From a bacterium (lineage in GTDB: Bacteria; Blakebacterota; Blakebacteria; Blakebacterales; Blakebacteraceae): DNA of 40,220 nt. The stretch spans positions 1-40,220 of the forward strand of contig JALGWK010000002.1 of assembly GCA_025774205.1 (NCBI GenBank), given 5' to 3'. Of this stretch, positions 29,268 to 38,276 are shown piece after piece. Within the stretch, counting starts at the first letter, position 1. Each line of letters begins with the position of its first letter. The translations under genes were made by a program, and so were the position numbers. A model generated the notes under the pieces. The model ran no database searches, had not been told where the DNA came from, and saw only the letters and a program-made list of their open reading frames with translations.

Positions 29268-30100
29268 AACTCGGGCGCTTCGGCGATCCCTTCCCGGCGT
29301 TCGGTGGCCCGTCTCTCCTTCGGCAGGAGACCGACCGGCTTCTGGTGCCGCCGCTTGCCGAGTCGGATGTAATCCCAGACCAGTTCGCGCTTCATCAACT
29401 GGATGGCGCGGGCGGGATCGACTCCCTTCGGACAGACCGCCGAGCATTCTCCGGCGTAGTGACAGCGCCAGGGACCGATCTCGCTCGAGAGGATCTTCTT
29501 CCGTTCCTTGAAGGCGCCGTCCCGGGTGTCGATCAGGTAGCGGTAGCCCTGGGTCAGCGGCATCGGGCCGCTGTAGATATCATCGGTCGCGAGCGTCGGA
29601 CAGGCCGCCATGCAACAGCCGCACTTGATGCAGTAGGCGAACTGCAGGTAGGCGGTCAGGTCGTCGGGATCCTGCCAGTACTGGTCGGTCGGTTCGAGAA
29701 CTTCCTCGACGTCCTCGCGGATGATGCGGGTGTTCAGCTTCAGATGTTTCTCCAGCATCGGGGCGAGGTCGGGCACCAGATCGCGGACGATATCGAAGTT
29801 GGGCAGGGGGGCCACCATCAGGATTTCTTTCGTCAACTCCCGGACCTGGGTGTGACAGGCCAGGTGGGGCTTGCCGTTCAGTAGCATGCCGCACGAGCCA
29901 CAGACACCCATCCGGCATGAGGAACGCCAGGCCAGGGTCGGATCAAGGTGTTCCTTGATGTACCACAGCCCGTCGAGTACCACCATGCCCGGTCCGCAGG
30001 GGACCGTGAAATCCTCGAAATACGGTTCATCATCCCTGGCAGGATCGTAGCGCCTGACACGGAAGATGTAATTCTGAAGCTGTTCAGTCTCGTTGCTCAT
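29228..30100 (-). CDS. sdhB: succinate dehydrogenase/fumarate reductase iron-sulfur subunit
   Basis: Start re-called to MSNETEQLQNYIFRVRRYDP (ATG 30100, GGAGGA RBS). Cluster motifs are CRMGVCGSCG..C, CIKCGCCMAACP and CHYAGECSAVCP. The track ORF (to 30478) overlaps the upstream membrane subunit in another frame. There is a ~45-aa basic/acidic C-terminal extension. Confidence 0.9.
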   Translation of the reverse strand: MSNETEQLQNYIFRVRRYDPARDDEPYFEDFTVPCGPGMVVLDGLWYIKEHLDPTLAWRSSCRMGVCGSCGMLLNGKPHLACHTQVRELTKEILMVAPLPNFDIVRDLVPDLAPMLEKHLKLNTRIIREDVEEVLEPTDQYWQDPDDLTAYLQFAYCIKCGCCMAACPTLATDDIYSGPMPLTQGYRYLIDTRDGAFKERKKILSSEIGPWRCHYAGECSAVCPKGVDPARAIQLMKRELVWDYIRLGKRRHQKPVGLLPKERRATERREGIAEAPEFTIDGAVSPAEQP

Positions 30101-30111
30101 CTTCCGTCCTC

Positions 30112-30501
30112 CTACAGGGCCGCCAGGGCGGTGCTGCGGGCCGCGATCGCCGCCCAGGTTCCGAAGGCGAAGAGGATGACACCGGCGATCACGATCGTCC
30201 GGTTGATAAAGGTCGTCATCCCCGGTGAAGGATTCAGTTCGAGCAGGATGTTCCTGAGTCCGTAGAGGCCGTGGTAGAGGGCGAATCCCAGGAAGAGGAT
30301 ATAGAAGACCACCTGCCCGATGGCCTGCGCCCGGGATGCCACGTTGGCCCAGTCGATCGGACTGCCGCCCTCGGGATTGAACGACTCGAAGTGGAGCAGG
30401 TCGTTCAGGTGCATCCCGAACATGTGCAGCCCGAGGAGGATGATGAGGATGAGCCCGGCCGCCACGTGCCAGGTCCACAATCTGGTGTTATTGCTGATCA
30501 T
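30112..30501 (-). CDS. succinate dehydrogenase/fumarate reductase small membrane subunit (SdhD-like, 3 TM)
   Basis: MISNNTRLWTWHVAAGLILIILLGLHMFGMHLN... has three hydrophobic helices with conserved-looking His residues and sits between sdhC-like and sdhB. The ATG at 30501 lies 15 nt after the upstream stop; the TTG start at 30519 given in the track is the alternative. Confidence 0.6.
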   Translation of the reverse strand: MISNNTRLWTWHVAAGLILIILLGLHMFGMHLNDLLHFESFNPEGGSPIDWANVASRAQAIGQVVFYILFLGFALYHGLYGLRNILLELNPSPGMTTFINRTIVIAGVILFAFGTWAAIAARSTALAAL

Positions 30502-30515
30502 GATTGCCACCCTCC

Positions 30516-30959
30516 TCAATGCCCGGCGGCGATGAAGAAATCCCAGCCGCCGGCCAGAACAACGACCAGAACGAGGATCATCATCACCACCATGAAGGGA
30601 CGCTGGACGTTCAGGGAACTCTTATAGGGATAGATCGGCTGTTCAGCGGGACCGGTCAGCACCCCCAGTTCGATCAGCGCCAGCCGGATTCCGTTCAGCG
30701 CGTGGAAGGCGAAGGCGACGAAGACCAGGTACTCGCCCACCAGGAAGATCGTGCCGGTCACACCTGCCATGGCCCGCTCCCACATCTCCTGGCTGATCGC
30801 CCTGCTGGCGGTCACGAAGATGTGCATCACGAAGTAGAGCAGGATGCCGAGGCCGGTCACTCGATGCAGGGTGTAGAGGTACCGTTCCGGCCCCCACTTC
30901 CCGCCCACAACCCAGCCCTTCAGGCCCAGCTTGTTCGGGTATTGTTTGATCTCAGGCAT
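30516..30959 (-). CDS. succinate dehydrogenase/fumarate reductase membrane anchor subunit (SdhC-like, 3 TM)
   Basis: 147 aa, three TM helices, His in LHRVTGLG, MHIFV and FHALNG. It lies 44 nt downstream of sdhA. Confidence 0.6.
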   Translation of the reverse strand: MPEIKQYPNKLGLKGWVVGGKWGPERYLYTLHRVTGLGILLYFVMHIFVTASRAISQEMWERAMAGVTGTIFLVGEYLVFVAFAFHALNGIRLALIELGVLTGPAEQPIYPYKSSLNVQRPFMVVMMILVLVVVLAGGWDFFIAAGH

Positions 30960-31003
30960 CGTTGTCTCCTGATGTCATGCCTCGATTGCTGCGTGATAGG
31001 GCA

Positions 31004-32725
31004 TCAGTACTTCCGCTCGACCGGTTTCCAATGCGTGATGGTCACCGGTTTGTAGTCGAGTTCCACTCCTGCTGGCCGTTTCCACGCCAGGGTGTGCTTC
31101 AGCCAGTTCTCGTCATCACGTACGGTGAAGTCCCTCCGGGCGTGGGCGCCGCGTGATTCTTCCCTCGCCAGGCCGCCCTTCAGCATCACTTCGCCCAGTT
31201 CGAGGAGGTTCTCAAGCTCGAGCACGTGGAAGAGGTTGGTGTTGTAGAAGCGGCCGGGATCCTTCAGATGGATGTTCTCGAAGCGGGCCCTGAGTTCCTC
31301 CACCTTATCGATTCCCTGCTGCATGAGTTCACCGGTGCGGAACACACCCAGGCAGTCGGTCATGACCGTGCGCAGTTCGCGGCGGATATCGTACGGGTTT
31401 TCCGGCCCCTTCTGCTGCATGACACCCTCGAAGATCCGGGCCTCTTCGGCTTTCACCTGGTCGGCCGATACCGGCGACAGGTCACCTCCGCCCTGGACGT
31501 AATCGAGCGCCTCTTTGCCGGTGAAGCCCCCCCAGACGAGGCATTCAGCAGTGGAGTTCGTCCCCAGCCGGTTGGCCCCGTGCAGGGAGTGGCAGGCGAC
31601 TTCCCCGGCCGCCCAGATGTTCTCCACCCGGGTCCGGCCGTTGATGTCGGCCTCGATGCCGCCCATGGAGTAGTGGGCCACCGCCCGGACCGGAATCATG
31701 TCGTGGATCGGATCGATGCCGAGGAAACCCATGCAGACCTCACGGATCAACGGCAGCCGGCTGTTGATCCGGTCGGCGCCGAGGTGGGTGAGATCGAGCC
31801 AGACATGGTCGAGCCCGTTCGGTTCATCGATCCCGCGGCCCTCGAGGATCTCGGTCATCTCCGACCGGGAGATGATGTCGCGCGGGGCGAGTTCCATCAT
31901 CCCGGCGGCGTACTTGTCCATGAACCGTTCGCCCTCGGAATTCCGCAGGTACCCTCCCTCACCGCGGCACCCCTCGGTCATGAGGATCCCGGAGGGGACC
32001 AGTCCGGTGGGATGGAACTGGATGAACTCCATGTCCTCGAGCGGGATTACGCCGGTGCGGTAGGCGTGGATAAGACCGTCCCCGGTGACGGTGTGCGAAT
32101 AGGTCGTGAAGGCGTAGATGGCGCCGGCACCGCCGCTGGCGATGATGAGCGCCTTGCCCCGGATCACCTCCATTTCGCCGGAGAAGGCATTGATGGCCGT
32201 GAGGCCGGCGAACCGGCCCTCCTCCATGAGGATACCGGTGACGAAGACCTCGTCGTAGCGGGTGTAATTCGGCCACTTGTTGAGGGTGTCATAGAGACAC
32301 TGCATCTCCATGAAGCCGGTCTTGTCGGCCGCCATGGTCGCTCGCGGGTAGGAGTGACCACCGAAGGGTCGCTGGAGGATCTTCCCCTGTTCATCCCTCG
32401 ACCAGGGGATGCCCCAGTGATCGAGCAGCATGATCTCCTCGGGGCTCTGCTGGACGAACTTGTAGATCACGTCCTGATCAGCCAGGAAGTCCGATCCCTT
32501 TACCGTGTCCCAGGCATGCAGGTCGAAGGAATCGCCTTCCTCCGGGTAGAGGACCCCGGCGGTACCGCCCTCCGCGCACACCGAGTGGGCGCGCATGAGC
32601 TGCACCTTGGAGACCAGGCCCATGTTCACCGAGCCTTCGCTCTTCCGGGCGATCTCCACCGCGGCGCGCAGTCCCGCGAGACCGGTTCCGTACACGATGA
32701 CGTCGTGGATGCGTTCAACTGCCAT
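31004..32725 (-). CDS. sdhA: succinate dehydrogenase/fumarate reductase flavoprotein subunit
   Basis: [15 protein letters not shown] (FAD dinucleotide fold), [10 protein letters not shown] (covalent-FAD His context), HYSMGG, HGANRLG. AAGGAGA RBS before ATG 32725. Confidence 0.95.
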   Translation of the reverse strand: MAVERIHDVIVYGTGLAGLRAAVEIARKSEGSVNMGLVSKVQLMRAHSVCAEGGTAGVLYPEEGDSFDLHAWDTVKGSDFLADQDVIYKFVQQSPEEIMLLDHWGIPWSRDEQGKILQRPFGGHSYPRATMAADKTGFMEMQCLYDTLNKWPNYTRYDEVFVTGILMEEGRFAGLTAINAFSGEMEVIRGKALIIASGGAGAIYAFTTYSHTVTGDGLIHAYRTGVIPLEDMEFIQFHPTGLVPSGILMTEGCRGEGGYLRNSEGERFMDKYAAGMMELAPRDIISRSEMTEILEGRGIDEPNGLDHVWLDLTHLGADRINSRLPLIREVCMGFLGIDPIHDMIPVRAVAHYSMGGIEADINGRTRVENIWAAGEVACHSLHGANRLGTNSTAECLVWGGFTGKEALDYVQGGGDLSPVSADQVKAEEARIFEGVMQQKGPENPYDIRRELRTVMTDCLGVFRTGELMQQGIDKVEELRARFENIHLKDPGRFYNTNLFHVLELENLLELGEVMLKGGLAREESRGAHARRDFTVRDDENWLKHTLAWKRPAGVELDYKPVTITHWKPVERKY

Positions 32726-32943
32726 CGATTCTGTCTCCTTTGTATCAACCCTCTGTCGGCCGGGTGGGGTAGGCCGCGTCGACCTGACCCTGGCGGGATC
32801 AGGCGGTGAATCAACCCTACGGCTCTGGGGCGGCAGGGCTTCTTCTATATATCACAGGACAAACGTATCCGAAACTCTCAAACCGCGTTATAGACAGGCT
32901 GGCGTGAAGAAATGTTCGATATGTCAGAATCCGGGACAGCTGC

Positions 32944-33007
32944 CTGTTATCGCACGCGACTGTTATCGCACGCGACTGTTATTGCTCGAAGCTGTTATCA
33001 CTCGAGG
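32944..33007. repeat. tandem array, 4 x 16 bp
   Basis: CTGTTATCGCACGCGA (32944-32959), CTGTTATCGCACGCGA (32960-32975), CTGTTATTGCTCGAAG (32976-32991), CTGTTATCACTCGAGG (32992-33007). The last unit contains the permease stop codon (32998-33000). Confidence 0.9.
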
Positions 33008-34503
33008 ATGAGAAAGAGAGCCACGGCCATCAGGTTGAGGATCCCGACCACCCACGCGGGGCCTGATGGTCCGACCAGCAGGGAGAATAGGATGGCCACG
33101 AATCCGGCGGCGTAAAGCACCTGCAGGCGACGATGTGACTGGCGGCTGAGCGAGGAGATCTTCTCGAGTCCGACCAGTCCGAGGAGCATCACCGTGACCG
33201 CTTTGAAGATGGTTCCTTCCCATTCGATCGAACTGACAGGCAGGGGAATATCTGTGACGGAATCCAGCCATCCGAAGAGAAGAGCCGCGACAGAAACGAT
33301 CGGTACGATGGTTACAACTGCCAGAAGAAAGCCGGGTAGGACTCTGCCGATGGTCCGCTGGAGCGGCCGGATGGGAATATGCGCGGGTCGCAGTTCGGGG
33401 CCGAGCAGTTCGGCGAAGAGCAGACCGAGCATCCCGGCGCTCATAAGGATGGAGATGACATCGTTACTCAGAGAAGAGGCGTACATCACCCCGGCCAACA
33501 GCAGGAACACCGTCTTCACCTGGGCCCAGAATGGTCGGCGGACCAGCTGATTGGCGCTGCGCCAGGCCACCAGCCCGACCGTACCCCATGAGAGGGGAAA
33601 CGGCTGAAGCCCGAACAGCGGTCTGGTCCGGATCGCCTTGCCGCGGATCTGCCTGATCAGCCGCCAGAAGACGGTCGGGTCGAAGAGTTCTCCGGTCAGG
33701 AACCGGGAGAAGGTGAGGTGACGCAGCTGATTGCGGAGCTGACAGTGGTATCGGAATGAGGGAGGATATCGGTCTGCTATCGATCGGTAGACATCGCCGG
33801 CGGCTCCAACCGCCAGCAGGGGATACCAGATGATGCCGGGAGAGAGGGTCTGGCAGAGGGGTGCGATCGGCCCCCAGGCGGTCCCGGTCATGCCTATCAG
33901 ACACCCTGCCAGTCCTGCGATCTGCCAGCGCCGGCTCCTCGTCCAGCTGTTCAGCTGGTCACGGCGAAGCCAGGCGAGCCATTTCAGAGAGGGAATCGCG
34001 GTACATAGCAGGGCTATTGCCGGAGCTGCTGTCCAGGGCGTCACTCCATACAATCTCTGAGCGAGGAAAAGCCATAATCCTCCGGCGGCCAGTCCGAACA
34101 GGGCATGCAGTGACCAGGTCCTGGTGAAGGATCTCTTCAGTACCTGCCATTCAGGTACAGGGGAGAGGGCCAGGTGGTGCAGTTCCTGACGGTTCAGGGT
34201 GACTGGAGCCGAACGGTTCGGCAGCAGCAGCAGAAGCAGGAAGAGGATGAGGCTGGTGGTCAATACGATCGTGAGAGGTCCCGGATCCAGAGGCGGATCC
34301 TGGAGAGGGATCTTATCGAGTCCGTCGATGAGAAAGGCGACCAGGAAGAGCAGAAAGTAGGCTACGGCACCCCATCCAATAGCATCGCGGATCCACTCCG
34401 CATAGCTCCTGAGCGATCTGCTGAACGCCTCCTGACGAAATTTTCTGATGGTGTTGAGGTCATCTGAACCGGGAAGAGGGGGCTGTGCAGCTTCGGCACG
34501 CAT
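32998..34503 (-). CDS. polytopic membrane protein, putative ABC exporter permease
   Basis: About 500 aa with many hydrophobic helices, immediately downstream of the ABC ATPase. Start re-called to MRAEAAQPP (ATG 34503), 4 nt after the ATPase stop at 34508; the track start overlaps the ATPase by 56 nt. I recognise no family. Confidence 0.55.
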   Translation of the reverse strand: MRAEAAQPPLPGSDDLNTIRKFRQEAFSRSLRSYAEWIRDAIGWGAVAYFLLFLVAFLIDGLDKIPLQDPPLDPGPLTIVLTTSLILFLLLLLLPNRSAPVTLNRQELHHLALSPVPEWQVLKRSFTRTWSLHALFGLAAGGLWLFLAQRLYGVTPWTAAPAIALLCTAIPSLKWLAWLRRDQLNSWTRSRRWQIAGLAGCLIGMTGTAWGPIAPLCQTLSPGIIWYPLLAVGAAGDVYRSIADRYPPSFRYHCQLRNQLRHLTFSRFLTGELFDPTVFWRLIRQIRGKAIRTRPLFGLQPFPLSWGTVGLVAWRSANQLVRRPFWAQVKTVFLLLAGVMYASSLSNDVISILMSAGMLGLLFAELLGPELRPAHIPIRPLQRTIGRVLPGFLLAVVTIVPIVSVAALLFGWLDSVTDIPLPVSSIEWEGTIFKAVTVMLLGLVGLEKISSLSRQSHRRLQVLYAAGFVAILFSLLVGPSGPAWVVGILNLMAVALFLILE

Positions 34504-34507
34504 CGAA

Positions 34508-35194
34508 TCAATCGCTCGCGATCGGTGCCTCTGGTGAAGCAGAATCGTCGGCCAGTTGACCATCGATCAATTCGAGATGATGAATTTTCCGTACCTGCGT
34601 GAAGGGAGTGATCTGGTTCTCCTGGTGGGTGGTGATCAGCACTGTTCCGCCATGCCCGGTGAAGTCGAGGAGCAGGTCGGTGAGGATCGGCTGGGCCAGC
34701 CGGTCAAGACCATCGTACGGTTCATCCAGCATCACCAGGGAGGGCTGGATACCGATCGCGAGAGCCAGCGACAGCTTCTGCTGCATCCCCCGGGAATGAG
34801 TGACCGGGAATTCAACAAGCCGGTCGGCCAGCTGGAAGGCGTCCAGGATGGCAAGGATTCTCTCCTCTGCCTCCGGCCTGCCCCAGGCCCGACTGGCGAA
34901 GATGGCATGCTCGCTGAGGGTGAGGTCTTCGTACAGGACCGGGGCGTCGGGGGAGTAAGTGAAACACGATCGCGCTTCCCGCCGCCAGGCATCGAATCCA
35001 CAGATCGCAACATCCCCGTCATAGGGGAGCAGAGCTGCTACTGCCCGGAGCAGGGTGCTTTTTCCGACTCCGTTCGACCCGACCAACCAGGCGATATCTC
35101 CCTGACCGACAGAGAAACTGATATCTCGAAGAATCGGGATCCCGCCCAGCGTGACCGAAAGTGAGTCGAGCGTCAGTATGCGATCCGCGTCCAC
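34508..35194 (-). CDS. ABC transporter ATP-binding protein
   Basis: Walker A GSNGVGKST, a degenerate signature HSRGMQQKLSLA, Walker B LVMLDEPYDGLD and an H-loop ITTHQ. It has a GTG start 4 nt after the esterase stop. Confidence 0.85.
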   Translation of the reverse strand: MDADRILTLDSLSVTLGGIPILRDISFSVGQGDIAWLVGSNGVGKSTLLRAVAALLPYDGDVAICGFDAWRREARSCFTYSPDAPVLYEDLTLSEHAIFASRAWGRPEAEERILAILDAFQLADRLVEFPVTHSRGMQQKLSLALAIGIQPSLVMLDEPYDGLDRLAQPILTDLLLDFTGHGGTVLITTHQENQITPFTQVRKIHHLELIDGQLADDSASPEAPIASD

Positions 35195-35198
35195 CGTT

Positions 35199-36938
35199 TT
35201 ACCGATACCGCCACGAAGTGATATCGGCCCCCGACGGGGCGTACTCCTCGATGTGGCGGGCCATCTTCCTCAGCAGTTCCACCCCGCGGGGGCCCCAGCA
35301 ATGGGGCGCCAGCGGCTGGAAGACGACTTCTCCCTGGTAGTAGGGAGCCGTCGTCGACTCGAGGAACTCGTGCAGCAGGTGGGTGGCGTTGTTGAGGTAG
35401 TAGGAGTCCATGTCGCCGGTATAGACGTTGATCTTGCCGACCAGCTTCGGACCGAGTTCCGCCCAGTCCCGCTCGAGGATGTACCGGAGATCATAGTTCT
35501 CCCGCCAGAACTCAGCGACCTCGTGATTGATCTCGCCGGTGCGCTTGTCCCAGATCCGCATCGGGTAGCCATCTGGTCCGGCGGGGCCGTAGGTGGCTTC
35601 CCAGATGTCCCACTGCCCGCCCGACCGGGAATTGTCACCCACCACCAGTTCGTACAGGTTCTCGTCCTTCATCATCGAGCTGATGTTGCCGTCGGGGGAG
35701 CGCCGGTTGGGCCTCTCGATCTTCATCCAGCCGCGGTCGAACCAGTAGGCGTTCTCATCCTCGTAAACGTTCACGATCTGGTAACCACGGAAATCGACTC
35801 CGTCGGGACAACTGGCCCAGCAGCCGCCGTAGAAATCAGGATAAAAGACCTGGTGGGCCAGCGCGATCCAGCCGCCGGTGGAGCCGCCCGAGAGTTTGCG
35901 GGCCCACGGCTCCTTGATGATGCGGAACCGTTCCTCCACGGCGGGGATCAGTTCCTGCATGATGGCATCCCCGAAGGGGCCGTTGTTCTCCGAGTTCACG
36001 CCGTAGGAGTCATCGTAGTAGGGAGAGGGGTGCTGCAGGGTGACGGCGATGAAGCGGGGGATGTCCCCGTCGGGCCACTCCGCTGCCAGGTCTTCCTCTG
36101 AAGGCATCCGGGGCGGGCGGGTCGAGAAGTGGCCCTGGATATAGTTGACCGGATAGTGCACACCGGGGTGATCGTGGTACCCCGCAGGCAGGGTAACCGT
36201 CGCGCCGATATAGATCGGATAGCCCCACCACTCGGAGAGGATCCGGCTCTCGATCCTGACGACCTTTGTGAACTCGGTCTCCTCGGGGAGCGGGATCGGC
36301 GGGATCACCTGGTCGCAGAGAAGGTGGATCGTTTCGGTCGCGCCGGGATCGATGGTGACCCTGCGGGGGGCACTGAAGAGGTTCCCCGGGGAACTGCGCC
36401 AGCTCTGCCCCTCCCACTGGTCCATATGGAGCCAGACGGTGTGGCCGTCGGCCCGTTCGAATTCCGTGTAGACGTTAAAGAAGGCCTGAATCCAGTACTC
36501 ACCCGGCGGAATCTCTCCGAAGTCGGCCAGCGGATAGCCGTATACCCCCTCGTCGAAGGTGATCGGCCGATCGGGCCGGAGCCCGCGCACGTTCCGCCCG
36601 AACAGGGGCACGCCGGTCTCGCCCGCCTGCCAGATCGGTCCCTGGCCTCCCCTCCGGCCGCGTCCCTGCTCATCATGACTGATGGCGATGTAGACCCGGC
36701 CGGTCAGCGGCTGAGCCCGAGCGGTTCTTGCGAACGAGACGGTGAAAACCGGCCCCTCCAGCCTGTCGTCGGGCGCGGTGTCGGAGGATTTCTCGCCGGT
36801 GGGTGCCGGCACCGGGGTGGTCCAGTCCGGCGCGGGGGTGGTCCAGTCTGTCGCTGGCACAGTCTCGGTGGCAACCCGTGGAGCGCCGCTCATGAGCGCG
36901 AGGAGAACGACGGTGACGATCATGAAGGTGTTTCTCAT
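35199..36938 (-). CDS. secreted alpha/beta-hydrolase, esterase D / enterochelin-esterase-like, with a ~300-aa N-terminal domain of unknown function
   Basis: Signal peptide MRNTFMIVTVVLLALMSGAP. Esterase-family region YYDDSYGVNSENNGPFGDAIMQELIPAVEERF...LSGGSTGGWIALAH (GxSxG). GGAGGA RBS; the ATGA overlaps the upstream gene. A 21-nt tandem duplication encodes DWTTPAP/DWTTPVP. Confidence 0.65.
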   Translation of the reverse strand: MRNTFMIVTVVLLALMSGAPRVATETVPATDWTTPAPDWTTPVPAPTGEKSSDTAPDDRLEGPVFTVSFARTARAQPLTGRVYIAISHDEQGRGRRGGQGPIWQAGETGVPLFGRNVRGLRPDRPITFDEGVYGYPLADFGEIPPGEYWIQAFFNVYTEFERADGHTVWLHMDQWEGQSWRSSPGNLFSAPRRVTIDPGATETIHLLCDQVIPPIPLPEETEFTKVVRIESRILSEWWGYPIYIGATVTLPAGYHDHPGVHYPVNYIQGHFSTRPPRMPSEEDLAAEWPDGDIPRFIAVTLQHPSPYYDDSYGVNSENNGPFGDAIMQELIPAVEERFRIIKEPWARKLSGGSTGGWIALAHQVFYPDFYGGCWASCPDGVDFRGYQIVNVYEDENAYWFDRGWMKIERPNRRSPDGNISSMMKDENLYELVVGDNSRSGGQWDIWEATYGPAGPDGYPMRIWDKRTGEINHEVAEFWRENYDLRYILERDWAELGPKLVGKINVYTGDMDSYYLNNATHLLHEFLESTTAPYYQGEVVFQPLAPHCWGPRGVELLRKMARHIEEYAPSGADITSWRYR

Positions 36939-37546
36939 GATTCCTCCACAGGTTCATTCGGAGAGTCGGAAGAGTCGGAAGAGTCGGGAGAGTCATCCGG
37001 AGTCGCTGCCGGCTCATCCTGGAATACCGGCTCGTTCACATCCGGTGCCGGTCTTTCCGGATCCTCGGCCAGGGGGGTGATGACGGGCTGTCGTGGCGGG
37101 CGCAGCAGGATGAGCACGCCGACAACGATCAGCACTGCCGGCCACCAGCGCCAGACCCATTCATTGGCGCTGAGGAACACGATACCGACGGTGAGCAGGA
37201 TGCCTCCCGGGATCAGCAGCCCCGCTTCCTGATCACCCAGAAGGTACATGAAGATGAAACCGGCGCCCGGAGCCATGATGAAGATCGGCCACAGATCCTT
37301 CATATGGTACCAGCCGTACAACTCGCAGTAGAGGAAGAGCAGGCCGGTGATGATCATGATCGTGGCGGGCAGCAGCAGGCCATAATTTTCCCGGTCACTG
37401 ATCCACTGGATGAAGAAAAGGACACCGGCCAGGACGATCAGGAGCGGCCAGAATTCGAACAGGGAAAAATACCCCAGGTTCCCCACGAGGAGAAGGATAC
37501 CCAGGATGATGAGTATGATCCCCGGTCCACGGTGGCGGGCTTTCAT
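36935..37546 (-). CDS. small polytopic membrane protein (LiaF/LiaI-like TM region, DUF5668-like) with an acidic Ser/Asp/Pro tail
   Basis: GIILIILGILLLVGNLGYFSLFEFWPLLIVLAGVLFF plus three more helices. The tail is PDDSPDSSDSSDSPNEPVEES. GGAGGA RBS before ATG 37546. Confidence 0.55.
   Translation of the reverse strand: MKARHRGPGIILIILGILLLVGNLGYFSLFEFWPLLIVLAGVLFFIQWISDRENYGLLLPATIMIITGLLFLYCELYGWYHMKDLWPIFIMAPGAGFIFMYLLGDQEAGLLIPGGILLTVGIVFLSANEWVWRWWPAVLIVVGVLILLRPPRQPVITPLAEDPERPAPDVNEPVFQDEPAATPDDSPDSSDSSDSPNEPVEES
36963..36998. repeat. 9-bp tandem repeat (GAGTCGGAA x ~4) inside the tail-coding region
   Basis: GAGTCGGAA, GAGTCGGAA, GAGTCGGGA, GAGTCATCC. In frame, it encodes the DSS repeats. 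Confidence 0.8.
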
Positions 37547-37648
37547 GATGTGATTCCTCCAGGAAGAAGGCGGTTGAATCCCGAGTATAGCGCCCTGGAA
37601 AGGAACACTCCAGAAGGGACCGGGGGAGAGCGTCTGCCGGGGCGGGAA

Positions 37649-37978
37649 CTACTTCCGGTCGGTGACCTTGACGGCGGTTCCCGATGCGACGACCATCAGC
37701 ATGCTGCCTTTATCACCGATCACCTCGTAGTCGAGATCGACCCCCACCACGGCGTTCGCGCCGACCTGCTCGGCGCGGTGTGTTACCTCTTCGAGCGCGA
37801 TCTTCTGGGCCCGGATCAGTTCCTTCTCGTAGGTGGCGCTGCGGCCGCCCACCACGTCCCGGATACCGGCAAAGAGGTCCTTGAAGATGTTGGCCCCCAT
37901 TATCGCTTCGCCGGTCACGATGCCCTTGTACTCAACGATTGAACGACCTTCGATCTGGGGAGTCGTAGTCAATATCAT
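37649..37978 (-). CDS. ybjQ: YbjQ/UPF0145 family protein
   Basis: [54 protein letters not shown]...[12 protein letters not shown] is typical of UPF0145. Start re-called to ATG 37978. Confidence 0.85.
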   Translation of the reverse strand: MILTTTPQIEGRSIVEYKGIVTGEAIMGANIFKDLFAGIRDVVGGRSATYEKELIRAQKIALEEVTHRAEQVGANAVVGVDLDYEVIGDKGSMLMVVASGTAVKVTDRK

Positions 37979-38181
37979 ATGGGTACTCCTGTTACTGAAC
38001 GGCATGACGGTTGTCGATCGATGGACAGTTCATCGATGGATCGGGCTGATATCCGTTACTCATACGTGAATGGTCTCGTCGGCTATCACCGGAAACATCG
38101 TAGATCCCTTGACTGTCTAACAGGCAGATGCCTAGGTTTCAAGGTTCTTCTAGTGTACTGTCAGGTGACAAACGTCGGTCC

Positions 38182-38222
38182 CGGTGCCGCTCGAATGCGA
38201 CGGTTGTTGCGTGACTGTGCAC
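38182..38222 (+). repeat. copy 2 of the dispersed ~41-nt repeat (27-nt perfect core at 38189-38215)
   Basis: Identical core to 19730-19756. It lies in the ybjQ/TPR divergent intergenic region, 62 nt upstream of the TPR gene start. Confidence 0.9.
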
Positions 38223-38276
38223 TTGTTGTCCGGAGTCGGAAGAGTCCGACCGGATCGCCTGAGAGGTGATGATTCC

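Noticed and set aside
30101-30478. N-terminal 126 codons of track ORF 29228..30478
   Set aside because: They overlap the SdhD-like gene in another frame. The real sdhB start at 30100 has a GGAGGA RBS and the normal SdhB N-terminus.
31226-32809. 527-aa plus-strand ORF opposite sdhA; similar cases are 18250..19827(-) opposite the YyaL-like gene, 15370..16329(-) opposite rlmD, 35151..37232(+) opposite the esterase, and 38139..39987(-) opposite the TPR gene
   Set aside because: Same shadow-ORF pattern. Composition is biased, there are no domains, and each overlaps a convincing gene on the other strand.
32944-33007. Tandem 16-bp array considered as a CRISPR array or a DnaA-box cluster
   Set aside because: The units are contiguous with no spacers, so it is not a CRISPR array. 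TTATCGCAC and TTATCACTC do not match the TTATNCACA DnaA box well.
38233-38246. 14-mer GAGTCGGAAGAGTC shared with the 9-bp tandem repeat at 36963-36976
   Set aside because: Several 14-mer matches are expected by chance in 40 kb, and one partner is low-complexity tandem DNA.
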